Positions 11,201 through 20,740 of a stretch of DNA of 64,000 nucleotides are shown in pieces. Location: positions 3,100,001-3,164,000 of the forward strand of contig OZ038378.1 in assembly GCA_964036045.1 (NCBI GenBank), given 5' to 3'. The notes below the pieces were generated by a model. The model searched no databases. It saw only the letters and a program-made list of their open reading frames with translations, and was not told the DNA's origin. The position numbers and the translations under genes are program-made. How positions within the stretch are numbered: position 1 is the first letter of the stretch; each line of letters begins with the position of its first letter. The DNA comes from Eutreptiella sp. 'Long Island Sound 2002' (taxonomy: Eukaryota; Protista; Euglenida).

Positions 11201-14200
11201 CTATCCTCCTATCCTCCTATCCTCCTATCCTCCTATCCTCCTATCCTCCTATCCTCCTATCCTCCTATCCTCCTATCCTCCTATCCTCCTATCCTCCTAT
11301 CCTCCTATCCTCCTATCCTCCTATCCTCCTATCCTCCTATCCTCCTATCCTCCTATCCTCCCCTCCTCCTATCCTCCTATCCTCCTATCCTCCTATCCTC
11401 CTATCCTCCTATCCTCCTATCCTCCTATCCTCCTATCCTCCTATCCTCCTATCCTCCTATCCTCCTATCCTCCTATCCTCCTATCCTCCTATCCTCCTAT
11501 CCTCCTATCCTCCTATCCTCCCCTCCTCCCCTCCTCCTATCCTCCTATCCTCCTATCCTCCTATCCTCCTATCCTCCTATCCTCCTATCCTCCTATCCTC
11601 CTATCCTCCTATCCTCCTATCCTTCTATCCTCCTATCCTCCTATCCTCCTATCCTCCTATCCTCCCCTCCTCCTATCCTCCTCTCCTTCTATCTTTCTAT
11701 CATTACCCCCTCGACTCCTCGCATCCACTCCCACAGGTGCAGGGGCAGGGGCAGGTGCAGGGGCAGGGGCAGTGGCAGGGGCAGGGGCAGGGGCAGGGGC
11801 AGGGGCAGGGGCAGGGGGGCAGGGGCCGAGTCCCCCAGCACAACCCCGATGCATACGTCCCCTCAACCCCCGCTCCCTCTCGCCCCGTTCCTCACGGTCC
11901 CGCTCCCGCACACCACATCGGCGCCTCCAACACTCTGCAGCCCGAGTTCGATGGCCTACCCGAGTACCGCCAGCCGGCGATCCAGAGCATGCCCTTGGCC
12001 TCTGCGGTGTTGGAGGTGCTGCACATGCAACTGCCCTTCATCCAGGACCCGCTCTCTCTCTTGGCCGGGGCCCTGGACCCGCCCGACGCGCACACCGTAG
12101 AGGACTGCATCGAGACCCTTCTGACGCTGCAGTGCATTGCCGAGGCCCCCAACGGCTCTCACAGGCCCACCCTCCGCGGCCAACTCATCCGCGTGCTCCC
12201 GCTCTCCCTCGAGCAGAGTCTTCTGGTCCTCTACGGCCTCGCCTTCGACTGCGTCGTCCCGGCGGCGGTCGCGGCGGCGGTGCTGTCGCTGCGGCGGCTG
12301 CCGTTCGTGGCGACGGAGGGCCGCGAGGTGCGGTGCGCGCGGGCGATGCTGCAGTTCGCGGAGGGCTGGCCGAGCGATGTTGTGGCGGCGGTCAACGCGT
12401 ACCGGCGCTGGAAGCAGTTCTTTCAGGGGGGCGAGGAGGACAGCTACAAGATGGTGGATTGGTGCGAGGGGCACTGCGTGAGTGAGGAGTGGATGCTGGA
12501 GATTGATAGCTACGTCTCGTCCATCTTCACGTCGTTGTCCATCATGAAGTTGTATCCGTTGCCCTCTTCTTGCTTTCTTCTGGAGCTGCTGACCCAGGCC
12601 TGGCAGGTCCCTTGCAAGGCAGCAGGGTCCTGGGCGGAGGGGGTGCGGGTCGAGGGAGGGGATGGTGTTGAAGGGAGTGGAGATTGAGGAAGGGAAGGGA
12701 CCTCCGAGGCGGCCCCAGAAGCGGTGGATAGGCGGTTGGAGGGGGTTGCCAAAGCGGTTGGGGGCGGATACTATCGGTTACAAATGCCGGTCCCTTGGGC
12801 CCCGTTCACTCCTACAACCTCCTCCCTCAGCCCAGACGTCCCCAATAGCCACGCCCGCCCCCCCAAAAATAACGCATCCATGCCCCCCCCCCCCCCCAAG
12901 TGAAGTGAACTGGCTTGCACTGAAGGGGACTGCACCACCACCCCGCGGTGAGCCCGTGGGTGGTGCTCCGCTGTTCAAAGGCCAAAAGCCGCAAACGTCC
13001 GGATTCGATGCCTCAAATTGCATCCTGCCACCCTCTCACACAATTCTTTGCATTCGACGGTGGGGAAAGCCCTTGAAAGGGCCATTGCGTAGGGCCTACC
13101 GACGGACCTGCCCTGATGGTCCACCGAGGGCGGTTTGCATCGCCCCGGCGCCAACCCTCCGGGCAATTATGCGTCCAGCAGAACGTGGACCGTGTTACTG
13201 CTCCAGTGCCTTAGTGGCTCCTGTGACTATTGACAGGTCCCGTTCCATCTCCAAGACACGCACCCTATCTAAGTCTCGCTATAAACCCGCGGAACCCGCC
13301 TTTTTTTTCTTTTGTGGACTTATGCATACACCCGCCATCCTACCCGTCCACCCCTCCACCACCGCCCACTGTCTGCCTCAGAAGGATCGCCACAGCAATG
13401 CCCTGCTGATCATCGCCCTATCCACCGCCGCCTTCGCCCCCAACCTGTTGTCCCTGCGCCGCGACCGCACCACCCCCAACTTCCTCCACCTGCCCACCCG
13501 ATACCCTCGGGAGCGGACCTTGGAGTATCGCTGCCGGGCCCGGCCCTGCGGAATGGCTGCCGTCCGGACCTTCTTCAAGGCGCACCTGGGCTACGACGCC
13601 GTCGAGAAGGTGTACGAGCACCGCCTCGCGGGCCTGCTCTACGTCGTGTTTCGTGACTCGGATGCGGCACGGCTGGCGCTGAAACTCCCGGGCGGCGCCG
13701 CGCTCGCCGGCGGGGGCGGTGTGGCAGGCGACGGCGGTGTGCCCGGGGGTCCGGGGCCAACGGCCTCCGCCCCAGCCCCAGCCTCAGCGCCTTCCACAGC
13801 CTCCGCCCCAGTCTCAGATGCGGCACCAGGATCACCTCCAACCCAAGTGGCTGCACCAGCACCGGCACTCGCTGCAGAGGCTGCACCGCCACCACAACCA
13901 CCACCAACACAATCAGCAGCAGCCACAGCGGCGGCGGCGGCCCCGGAACCAGCGGCCGCAGCCGCGACCGCCCCGGTCCCCTGTGCCGAGGACCGCTTCG
14001 CCTACTCAGAGGTGCGCATGCACCACGAGCTCAGCGCCCGATGCGTCCCGATGGCCAGCCTGCACCACAGCGTGCGCCTGGTGCCCATGAGCGTGGTCAC
14101 GCCGGTCCGTGTGTCAGGGCCCGGCAGCGAGGCCTTTGTGTTGGCAGGCAACCTGCTGGCGGTGCAGGGGCACCGGGCGCTGCTGGGGAGCACGCTGACG

Positions 14201-15163
14201 GTGCTGCCTCCGGGGCTGGTGCACGCCGTGCTCGCCATCTTCGGCCCCCGGGGCCGCGCGACCTTCAACAGGGACCAGCACCCCGGCCACGCCAACAAGG
14301 TTGTGGATGTCCAGGGGCTGGAGGCGGTCGTGCAGGCGTACCTCGGGGAATTGGACCAGAAGCGGTTGGCAATCCTAAGCGGTACTGAGGACCCGGACAC
14401 ACCGTGGGCACTGTCTGCCTCGTCTTCCTCATCATCGTCATCGTCATCGTCATCGTCATCATCGTCTTCATCTTCCTCCTCCTCCTCCTCGCCCTCCTCG
14501 ACCTGCTCCCCCTCCTCCTCCGCTCTGGCTGGGCAGGCGCAAGACGCATGCAGTGCAGAGCGCGTAAAGGCACGCAGCAAACTGCTGTTGGTGCTGTTGG
14601 ACGTCATCCACGAGGGTCCTTCGACGGAATTCTTCAGGCCTTACAAACAGAAAGTGGAGGCCTTGGCAGGTGAAGTCGCCAGCGATGCAGAGCCCAAAGC
14701 CGATTCTGGTTCCTCATCCTCATCCTCATCCTCATCCTCATCCTCATCCTCATCCTCATCCTCATCCTCATCCTCATCCTCATCCTCATCTTCGTCATCG
14801 CCTTCGTCAGTGGTAGTGCCCTCCGCCCCACTTTACAGCTCCCCGTCGTCTGCGCCGCCTGTGTCCGCGGCTCCCACTCTGTCCTCTGATTCGCCTTCCT
14901 CTAGCGCCCCGCTTCCTGCCACTGCCGTGTCCGATGCTGGTGCCATTGCCCGTGCTCAGGAAATGAACAGCTGCATGGACAACGGCACGGCAGACGCGAC
15001 CACCGATGCGGTGCTGCCGTCAGCCCCGTTGCTGTGCCGCATTCCTTCGTGCACGGACCTGCCACCCGCTGGCAACATCCCTTGCGAAAGGATCAGCCTC
15101 GCGCAGCTCCTCGCCATCCAGATGTGCTTGGGCACTGGGCACCACGTCGCCGGCGTGGGGTGA
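4888..15163 (+). CDS. NYN/PIN-like nuclease - DEAH-box RNA helicase fusion (Spindle-E/TDRD9/DHX36-like core, HA2, RRM-like segment, low-complexity C-terminus). Model: join(4888-5278,5980-6300,6999-7380,8421-8610,8947-9394,10642-10902,11941-12606,13382-15163); 5' start unresolved
   Basis: All 7 introns are GT-AG and phase-compatible (0,0,1,2,0,0,0). Helicase motifs: I GDTGCGKST, Ia TQSRRIAA, Ib CTTGVLL, II VDEAHER, III MSAT, IV FLPG, V STDIAEN, VI QRAGRTGR, followed by HA2. NYN motifs: VLIVDG, KQDNVDSAI, LILICGDEDL, VWVFGF. Confidence 0.8.
5980..6300 (+). CDS. fusion gene exon (C-terminal half of the NYN domain, KQDNVD...GDED)
   Basis: Acceptor ccttcacag|, donor AAG|gtgtgg; phase 0 on both sides; no stop before the donor. 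Confidence 0.78.
6526..6735. repeat. (GTGGT)n microsatellite, ~42 units, intronic
   Basis: Perfect pentamer array; source of the VWCG/HHTTP ORF artefacts. Confidence 0.98.
6999..7380 (+). CDS. fusion gene exon (helicase motifs I, Ia, Ib)
   Basis: gtcggcag|ATG; GDTGCGKSTQLPQ; TQSRRIAA; donor G|gtgtgg. Confidence 0.92.
8421..8610 (+). CDS. fusion gene exon (DEAH motif II, SAT motif III)
   Basis: VDEAHER, IIMSAT; phase 1 in and phase 2 out match the neighbouring exons. Confidence 0.93.
8625..8765. repeat. 31-bp tandem repeat (GTTTGTGGATGGACATGGGTGCACTCYRGAT), ~4 units, intronic
   Basis: Directly visible tandem copies. Confidence 0.95.
8947..9394 (+). CDS. fusion gene exon (RecA2 start, motif IV FLPG, LHS)
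   Basis: gtcatag| acceptor, AAG|gtacag donor. Confidence 0.9.
9444..9643. mobile_element. hAT-like MITE (same family as 35157-35364)
   Basis: Imperfect 19-bp TIRs caggggtgcattggaaggg / cccttctaatgcattcctg; degenerate 8-bp flanks gtcctggg / gtcctgca. Confidence 0.7.
9880..10125. repeat. dispersed ~240 bp repeat family; second copy at ~53205-53430
   Basis: Near-identical gggggtcattctgagtcac...cagcgtcccccgttggcccgtcgggggtccccgtcacatgaggcctg...ggcagtggtgtcggc in both places. Confidence 0.85.
10403..10594. mobile_element. putative Tc1/mariner-type MITE with TA flanks
   Basis: TA|ctg...G-run at the left and C-run...cag|TA at the right; tgatactg / cagtatca inverted match. Confidence 0.45.
10642..10902 (+). 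CDS. fusion gene exon (motifs V and VI)
   Basis: KIILSTDIAENAVTLPDV, QRAGRTGR; cag| acceptor and |gtctgt donor. Confidence 0.92.
10970..11692. repeat. (CCTATCCT)n 8-mer tandem array, ~90 units, intronic
   Basis: Visible array; produces the false SSYPPILL ORFs. Confidence 0.98.
11738..11826. repeat. (GGGGCA)n hexamer array
   Basis: Visible array with G4-forming potential. Confidence 0.95.
11941..12606 (+). CDS. fusion gene exon (winged-helix/HA2 region)
   Basis: PEFDGLPEYRQPAI...ALDPP...TLRGQLIRVLPL...SDVVAAVNAYRRW. Confidence 0.88.
12680..12789. mobile_element. truncated, inverted copy of the hAT-like MITE family
   Basis: gaagggaaggg...ggcggccccag...ggcggttggag..ggttgccaaagcggttgggggcgg..ac..tcggttacaaatgcc is the reverse complement of the core of the 9444 and 35157 copies. 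Confidence 0.7.
13382..15163 (+). CDS. fusion gene terminal exon (AAFAPN motif, RRM-like segment, Pro/Ala-rich and poly-Ser tracts)
   Basis: ctgcctcag| acceptor, phase 0; continuous ORF to TGA at 15161-15163. Confidence 0.75.
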   Translation, partial: KDRHSNALLIIALSTAAFAPNLLSLRRDRTTPNFLHLPTRYPRERTLEYRCRARPCGMAAVRTFFKAHLGYDAVEKVYEHRLAGLLYVVFRDSDAARLALKLPGGAALAGGGGVAGDGGVPGGPGPTASAPAPASAPSTASAPVSDAAPGSPPTQVAAPAPALAAEAAPPPQPPPTQSAAATAAAAAPEPAAAAATAPVPCAEDRFAYSEVRMHHELSARCVPMASLHHSVRLVPMSVVTPVRVSGPGSEAFVLAGNLLAVQGHRALLGSTLTVLPPGLVHAVLAIFGPRGRATFNRDQHPGHANKVVDVQGLEAVVQAYLGELDQKRLAILSGTEDPDTPWALSASSSSSSSSSSSSSSSSSSSSSSSSPSSTCSPSSSALAGQAQDACSAERVKARSKLLLVLLDVIHEGPSTEFFRPYKQKVEALAGEVASDAEPKADSGSSSSSSSSSSSSSSSSSSSSSSSSSSSSSSPSSVVVPSAPLYSSPSSAPPVSAAPTLSSDSPSSSAPLPATAVSDAGAIARAQEMNSCMDNGTADATTDAVLPSAPLLCRIPSCTDLPPAGNIPCERISLAQLLAIQMCLGTGHHVAGVG

Positions 15164-15886
15164 GGCATGGGCCGAGGTCGCTAGGAGCGTCCTGGCTGGG
15201 CTGGCACGCAGAACGGGATTCGGAGAGTGCCAATACCCCGTGAGGTGTACATAACACGAGAAGGCTGCGATGTGATTTATGATAATTGATCACACTTAGT
15301 GTGGTTTGTTCAGCTCCGTCTCAGCCTTGGCAGGGGGGGGGGGGGGGCAGGAAAAAACTCTCCCCCGAGGTGAAAATTGTACTCTACCTTAATTCTACCT
15401 TTCGGGAACCTTTTTTCAACCCCTCACGACCACTTATCCACCGCCCCCCCCCCCCCCCAAACCCTACACCCCCAGTTTAACACGATGGTGCCAGTGCTGG
15501 TGTCGATTGTAGGATTCGGCGTGCATCAAAGACCAGTCAACACAGGGGAAGCTCAATGTCCAACGTTCGAATCAAAATCTGAAAACTCAAAGTGACGGTT
15601 CCGGGTACTAATCAAGGGGGGTGCTCGTGCCGGGTGTATGTATTGGCTGCCTGTTCTGCACTTGTAGATGGCACCCCGCCCCCCCCCCCCTCCCTTACGG
15701 ATGCCATATTCCAGGGAGTGTGGCACTTTCGGGGGCCTCTAGCTGACCATGTTTGACAGAGCGGTCCGCAGGGCGCGGAGTGGAATCGATTCACTCGGAG
15801 GTACATTTGATTTGGGGGAGATTCCTCGGAAGTCCATGACTCCCCCAACCATCCCTCCCAGTCCCGAGTGCTGTCGGAAATGCATT

Positions 15887-16516
15887 GTACGACGCGTCGG
15901 GGCGTCGTACAAGGCGTCGGGGCCCGACGCGTCGGGAGCGTACGACGCGTCGTACAGTGTCGTACAAGGCGTCGGGGCCCGACGCGTCGGGGATGTACGA
16001 CGCGTCGTACAGTGTCGTACAAGGTGTCGTACAGCACCAACACCGTACGACACAGTACGACATAGTACGACCGCCCTCCCCCTCTAGGCGGGTAAACGAT
16101 GGCAGCGGACCGTCTTGGGGGAAGGGGGCCTTCGGCCCCCTTCCCAAATATTGGCACTTCGCGTCTACAACATGCCGACAGTGTCTACAATTAGCAGGCC
16201 GCGTCTACCTGTGGTGCACAGTGTCTACAGACCCCAGACCGCCCTCCCCCTGTGCAGAGTGTTGCTTAATAGAAGGGGGGGGGCAGAGTGTTGCTTAAGA
16301 GAGGGGGGGGGGGGCAGAGTGTTGCTTAAGAGAGGGGGGGGGGGGGCAGAGTGTTGCTTAAGACACTGTACAACGCGTCGTACAGTGTCGTACAAGGCGT
16401 CGGGGCCCGACGCGTCGGGGATGTACGACGCGTCGTACAGTGTCGTACAAGGTGTCGGGGCCCGACGCGTCGGGGATGTACGACGCGTCGGGAGGTGTCG
16501 GGGCCCGACGCGTCGT
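15887..16516. repeat. CpG-rich palindromic minisatellite in two blocks (15887-16070, 16368-16516)
   Basis: Recurrent cgacgcgtcg, gtacgacgcgtcgtac (perfect 16-bp palindrome) and gtcggggcccgac units. Confidence 0.9.
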
Positions 16517-18050
16517 AAAATCCCTATTTCGACAGTAGTGCAGTCCCTGGTATGTTCCGTGCCGCTAGTGTAACGGAGGTGATTTGCACCGTGCACACGC
16601 CGTGCACGCCCTGGGAGCTGTTTGGCCCCTGGCATAAGCCCCTTCAAATACACAGCCCGATTTGCAAAACGGCCAGGTCTGATGTGCATGGAGGAATCGA
16701 CCTTTGCTCTGTGTGCGCAGGTATGCACGGCATTCACTATGTCAGTGTTCCACAAACCCATTTCCACACAACACCTCATTACACTGCAGACCAAGGTACA
16801 CAGGGGGTGTTCATGCATAGCGTGCGCACAGCACCAACTGTTGGGGTGGTCTTCCGACGACTAGGGCCGCAAGCATTCCCCTCCAAAGCAGCAGGCCAAT
16901 GCACAAAACTCCGGCCCATTTCTTCCTGACAAACGAAAGACGTGTGACCTTGGAAACCTTGCACATGCAAAGTGACAGCCCACGATACGCCCGAGCAGCC
17001 GCCCACCTGAAATGCAAGATTTTATGCCACCATATTGTAGGCAGGAGGAATGAGGAATGGCTTTAAGCTTGAGTGTCTCGCCCAGATTCTCAAAGCTTAT
17101 TATGCCTCACCCACAGTAGGAACCGTCAGCTGCAATGCGTTCAAAGCTTCATAATGCTCCATAGATGTCTCTTTGCTCCGACCAAAACAACACCACGATG
17201 GGACCACAGTGCAAAGAACCCGCTCACACGACGAATCTGAATTTGCAAGAGGGATCACTCCCATCATATAAGTTCTCCATGTTGCCTGCTTGCTACAAAG
17301 GGGATCAATGGTCGGTATCGGATGGACTGAATGTCCCTGCCAAGACACAAGCTACCAACAGGCATGTGGCCATATGTGACGATGACTTGCTTTGATTTTT
17401 GTCTCCTGCTTGGAAACAAGCCATGGAAGGAAGCGTCTTGGATACACGTGCAGGGAATTGGGCCTACAACTGCAGCAATGTGTGCTTTGGTGACCTGTGA
17501 GATGTGAAACAATTTTTTTTTACGCACTAAGGGGAGGTGGAAACCTCCGTATGACATGGTGTGGGGAACCTACTTGCCATTCTGTCCATGTGGCACAATT
17601 TCTGCACACACAAAATGTCACATGGTTGCACCTGCAACGTGGGGTCCCGTGGGGCCCTCGTGTCAGCACTACCAATGAAATATAAACTGAAAAATTGTTG
17701 CTCTGGTGGGAGAGTGTTGGCAAAGTGGGAGATGGACGAGACTCAACCCTTGTGGGGAGGTGCATGGTGCACAAATGCCACATTGCCACATCGGCAGGGG
17801 GAGCAGATTAGTTGAGGGAATGTCTGAGGGATGTAAAGGAGTTGATGAAGAGGAGTGACGGGGGTTGCCAGGAGGATCTGAGGGGTGTGCAAAACAGAGT
17901 ATCAAGAGGGGCGTCAAGTAGAAAAATATTCCAGGCTTTCTCCATTCCCCATCTGCCAATAGGGGAGCGTTGTATGCTATGTCTGCACTGTCCAGGCACA
18001 GAAACCAGGCTATGTGTATAAACTAGGTGATTGTGACACTGGGCAACCTG

Positions 18051-18443
18051 AAAATTGCTCTGCGGGGGGGGGGGGAGGGGTGACATGGACGCCCGCCGAA
18101 GGAGGGGGAGGGGGGGATTGGAGAAATGGGGTTCCGTGTCGGGCCCTTTGTTTTGTGTAAGAACGGATGTTGGCGCCAAAGGCACAGGAACACAAAAAAT
18201 TTGGCCCGAAAAAGTTTTTTCCACCAATAATTTCCCCCCCCACATTTGAGTGGTCAAAATGATCAGCGCGACGTGGGTATCATTTTGAGCCATAGATGTT
18301 GGGTTGACCCCCCCCCCCCCCCGGCACGGCAGGTCGGGCGCCCCCGCCCTGAACCCCCCCTCCCGTCACAGCGGCCAAGGAGGGAGGGGGGGGGGGTTGG
18401 GAAAATGGGCTTCCGTGTCACCCCCCCTCGCAGAGCAATTTTC
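18051..18443. mobile_element. putative MITE with ~22-bp TIRs
   Basis: gaaaattgctctgcggggggg / ccccccctcgcagagcaattttc; no TSD recognised. Confidence 0.55.
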
Positions 18444-20010
18444 TTCCCGCCCTGGCACAACTGGATGACTGGAAAGCAGGAATCCAAACCATATTCTCAT
18501 GAACATTGAGCATCATAACCACAACACATCATATTGAGCATCACAACAACGTCCCTTTCAACAGGCATTGACAAAAAGGGAGTGACCCTCTGTGGGGGGC
18601 TGGGACCAAGACTTTGATCTTCAATTTGGTAACAGACCAGTTTTTCCCCATCAGCTTCAAACTTCAAACGTCCTTGCGCGGGCCTCCACACCCGTCTCCC
18701 CTCTGCCGTACCGTGCCCCCCTGGACCCGGTCAGTTCCCTACACCCCACTGCGATGGGTACGGCTAATTGGCCTAGAACAGGGGGCACAGCGGGAATGTT
18801 TGCCTGGCACGCTACTTTTGTACCAAGTTTTACCCTCCCCTCCAGAAGCCCTCCAAGCAGAGCAGAATCTACACCAAACCCTTCCCTACAAAGCACACGA
18901 CACGCAACATAAAGCCACAGCTATGAATTCCATTTCCTCAACACATGTGACATGTGTTGTGTGTGATAAACAGTCTTGTCCCCACAAGTGTGTGGGTCAA
19001 TACACCCAGCACAATAGTGCACATTGCATTCATGACAATGTGCAGTAGGATGCTTTTGATAGCACAAGACACAAAACTCAATCTTATTCCCGCCTTAATT
19101 TTTTCTTTTTGGATTGACTCACGTTTGTGCTAAGCACAGTACTCAAGATAGTACTCACCCCCGGCTTCATCTGGCATGGCAGCTTGGTTGTTTGCATCGA
19201 CAGTTTTCCAAACATGAGCCAGGAACGGTTCCCATGGTCCGTAAGGGGGGGGGCAGACCTGCGAATACAAAATTGTGCACAATACAAAAAAAATACGCCT
19301 TGATTGCTGCAACTCATTTGGACCACCAAGCCGGATGTTCCTAACCAGATTTGCGTTGGACAAGGGAGTACTGTTGGTGCATTGCTACCGGTCCATCACA
19401 TATGGGCGCTCTAGTACTGTGGTGATGCATGACTGTGCCCCCATGGCACACGTCTCTCCTCCGTGTGCGAACCCCCCCACAGCCCACCCCAGCCCCTTCA
19501 ATCACATGGGCATCTCTTCAAAGTCAAATGTTTATGCCAGAAAAAGTGGCACACGGAGCCTGTCTCTCATCAGTAGAGCTGAACACGCATCCCAACAGGC
19601 AGTTTCCGGCTCATTTTGTGGATCACATGCCCTCGTGTCTGCATGTCTTGCTTCGTGTCACGGGTCCGTTGTTTTCCCCCGGATTGGGGTGGGGGGGGGG
19701 GGCACCGTCATTTTGGCCATGTTCCCCCGGGGGTGTGGGGATATCGTCATGCGCAGGTGGGTACTGATCAAAGGGGGAGTTGGGGTACGAATTTAGTTGC
19801 AGGTCGGGTTACATGCCATCGGGGCAGGCAGAAGAAAGTGTGGACGGAGCCCAGGCTTTACTCCATGCCCCCAGTGGAAACGATACACCTGCCCGCATCC
19901 CTTTTCAGGGGCCTGTTTTTTTGGGACTGCGGTTCGGTGCACACGCTATGCCACGGTAACTCTGCCGCACCTCAGTCCCTCAGAGTTCCCAAGTCCCAGG
20001 CTGCATTGCA

Positions 20011-20740
20011 ATGGAGGACGCAGGTGCCACGGAGATCATGTGCCGGCGGTCCACTACAGAGGACGCTCTGGCTCTCAAGCTGCTGATTGGGGAGGACTAC
20101 GCGGAATACGAGAAGCGATATGGGCCCTACAACTTGGAGCAGATCATTGAGACGTCGTACTTCTCTGTCACCGCGACCGACGCGGATGGCGCGGTGTTGG
20201 GTTTTGCGGCTTTCAACGACTTCCCGGCAGGCACGTCCCGGATTCCCAGCTCTGCCTGGCTGGACTATGTCCAGGGGCGCTACCGCACCGAGGACCTCAA
20301 CGCCAACAATGTCTTGTGGCTCGTTTTCTTCACCGCGGCGCCGGACATCGCGGATGACGTCATCAACAACGTTTTCGCGACACTGTACAGCACGCTCCCA
20401 GACACCGACCACGTGCTGTTTGCGCGGCTCCGGGACGCCGGCCCCATGCCCCTCATCAACGACTATTTTTCTGCCCTGACAGAACGCAGTACCGCGCAGA
20501 CGGACTCCGACCCTTTTGTGGCAGATGTTCTGTGGAGCCCGCGAGCAGACGTCGTCCCCGACCTCGTGATCCGGAGAGGCAAAGTGGAGGACTACGATGA
20601 CCTCATGCCATTGCTGTTGGCGGAGGTAGGGGTACTCACGGAGATGGGGGACGATTTCTACCTCGAAGAGTTGCTGGAGCACCAGGACGCGGTGCACTGT
20701 GTGCTGGTGGCGGAGGATGCCGAGTCTGGGGAGATTGTAG
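20011..20740 (+). CDS. CFAP61: CFAP61 exon 1
   Basis: ATG start; donor G|gtatgc (phase 1). Confidence 0.9.

Noticed and set aside
10537-12687. 716-aa, 555-aa and 411-aa ORFs with SSYPPILL repeats
   Set aside because: Read-through of a stop-free intronic 8-mer array; only 10642-10902 and 11941-12606 are exonic.
1-15163. Functional RNA-processing cluster (PAP next to the NYN-helicase)
   Set aside because: Adjacency of two genes in a eukaryotic genome is weak evidence without conserved synteny, and the following genes (CFAP61, TCP1) are unrelated.
15887-16516. CRISPR-like array of palindromic repeats
   Set aside because: No unique spacers, no constant period, no cas genes, and a eukaryotic context.
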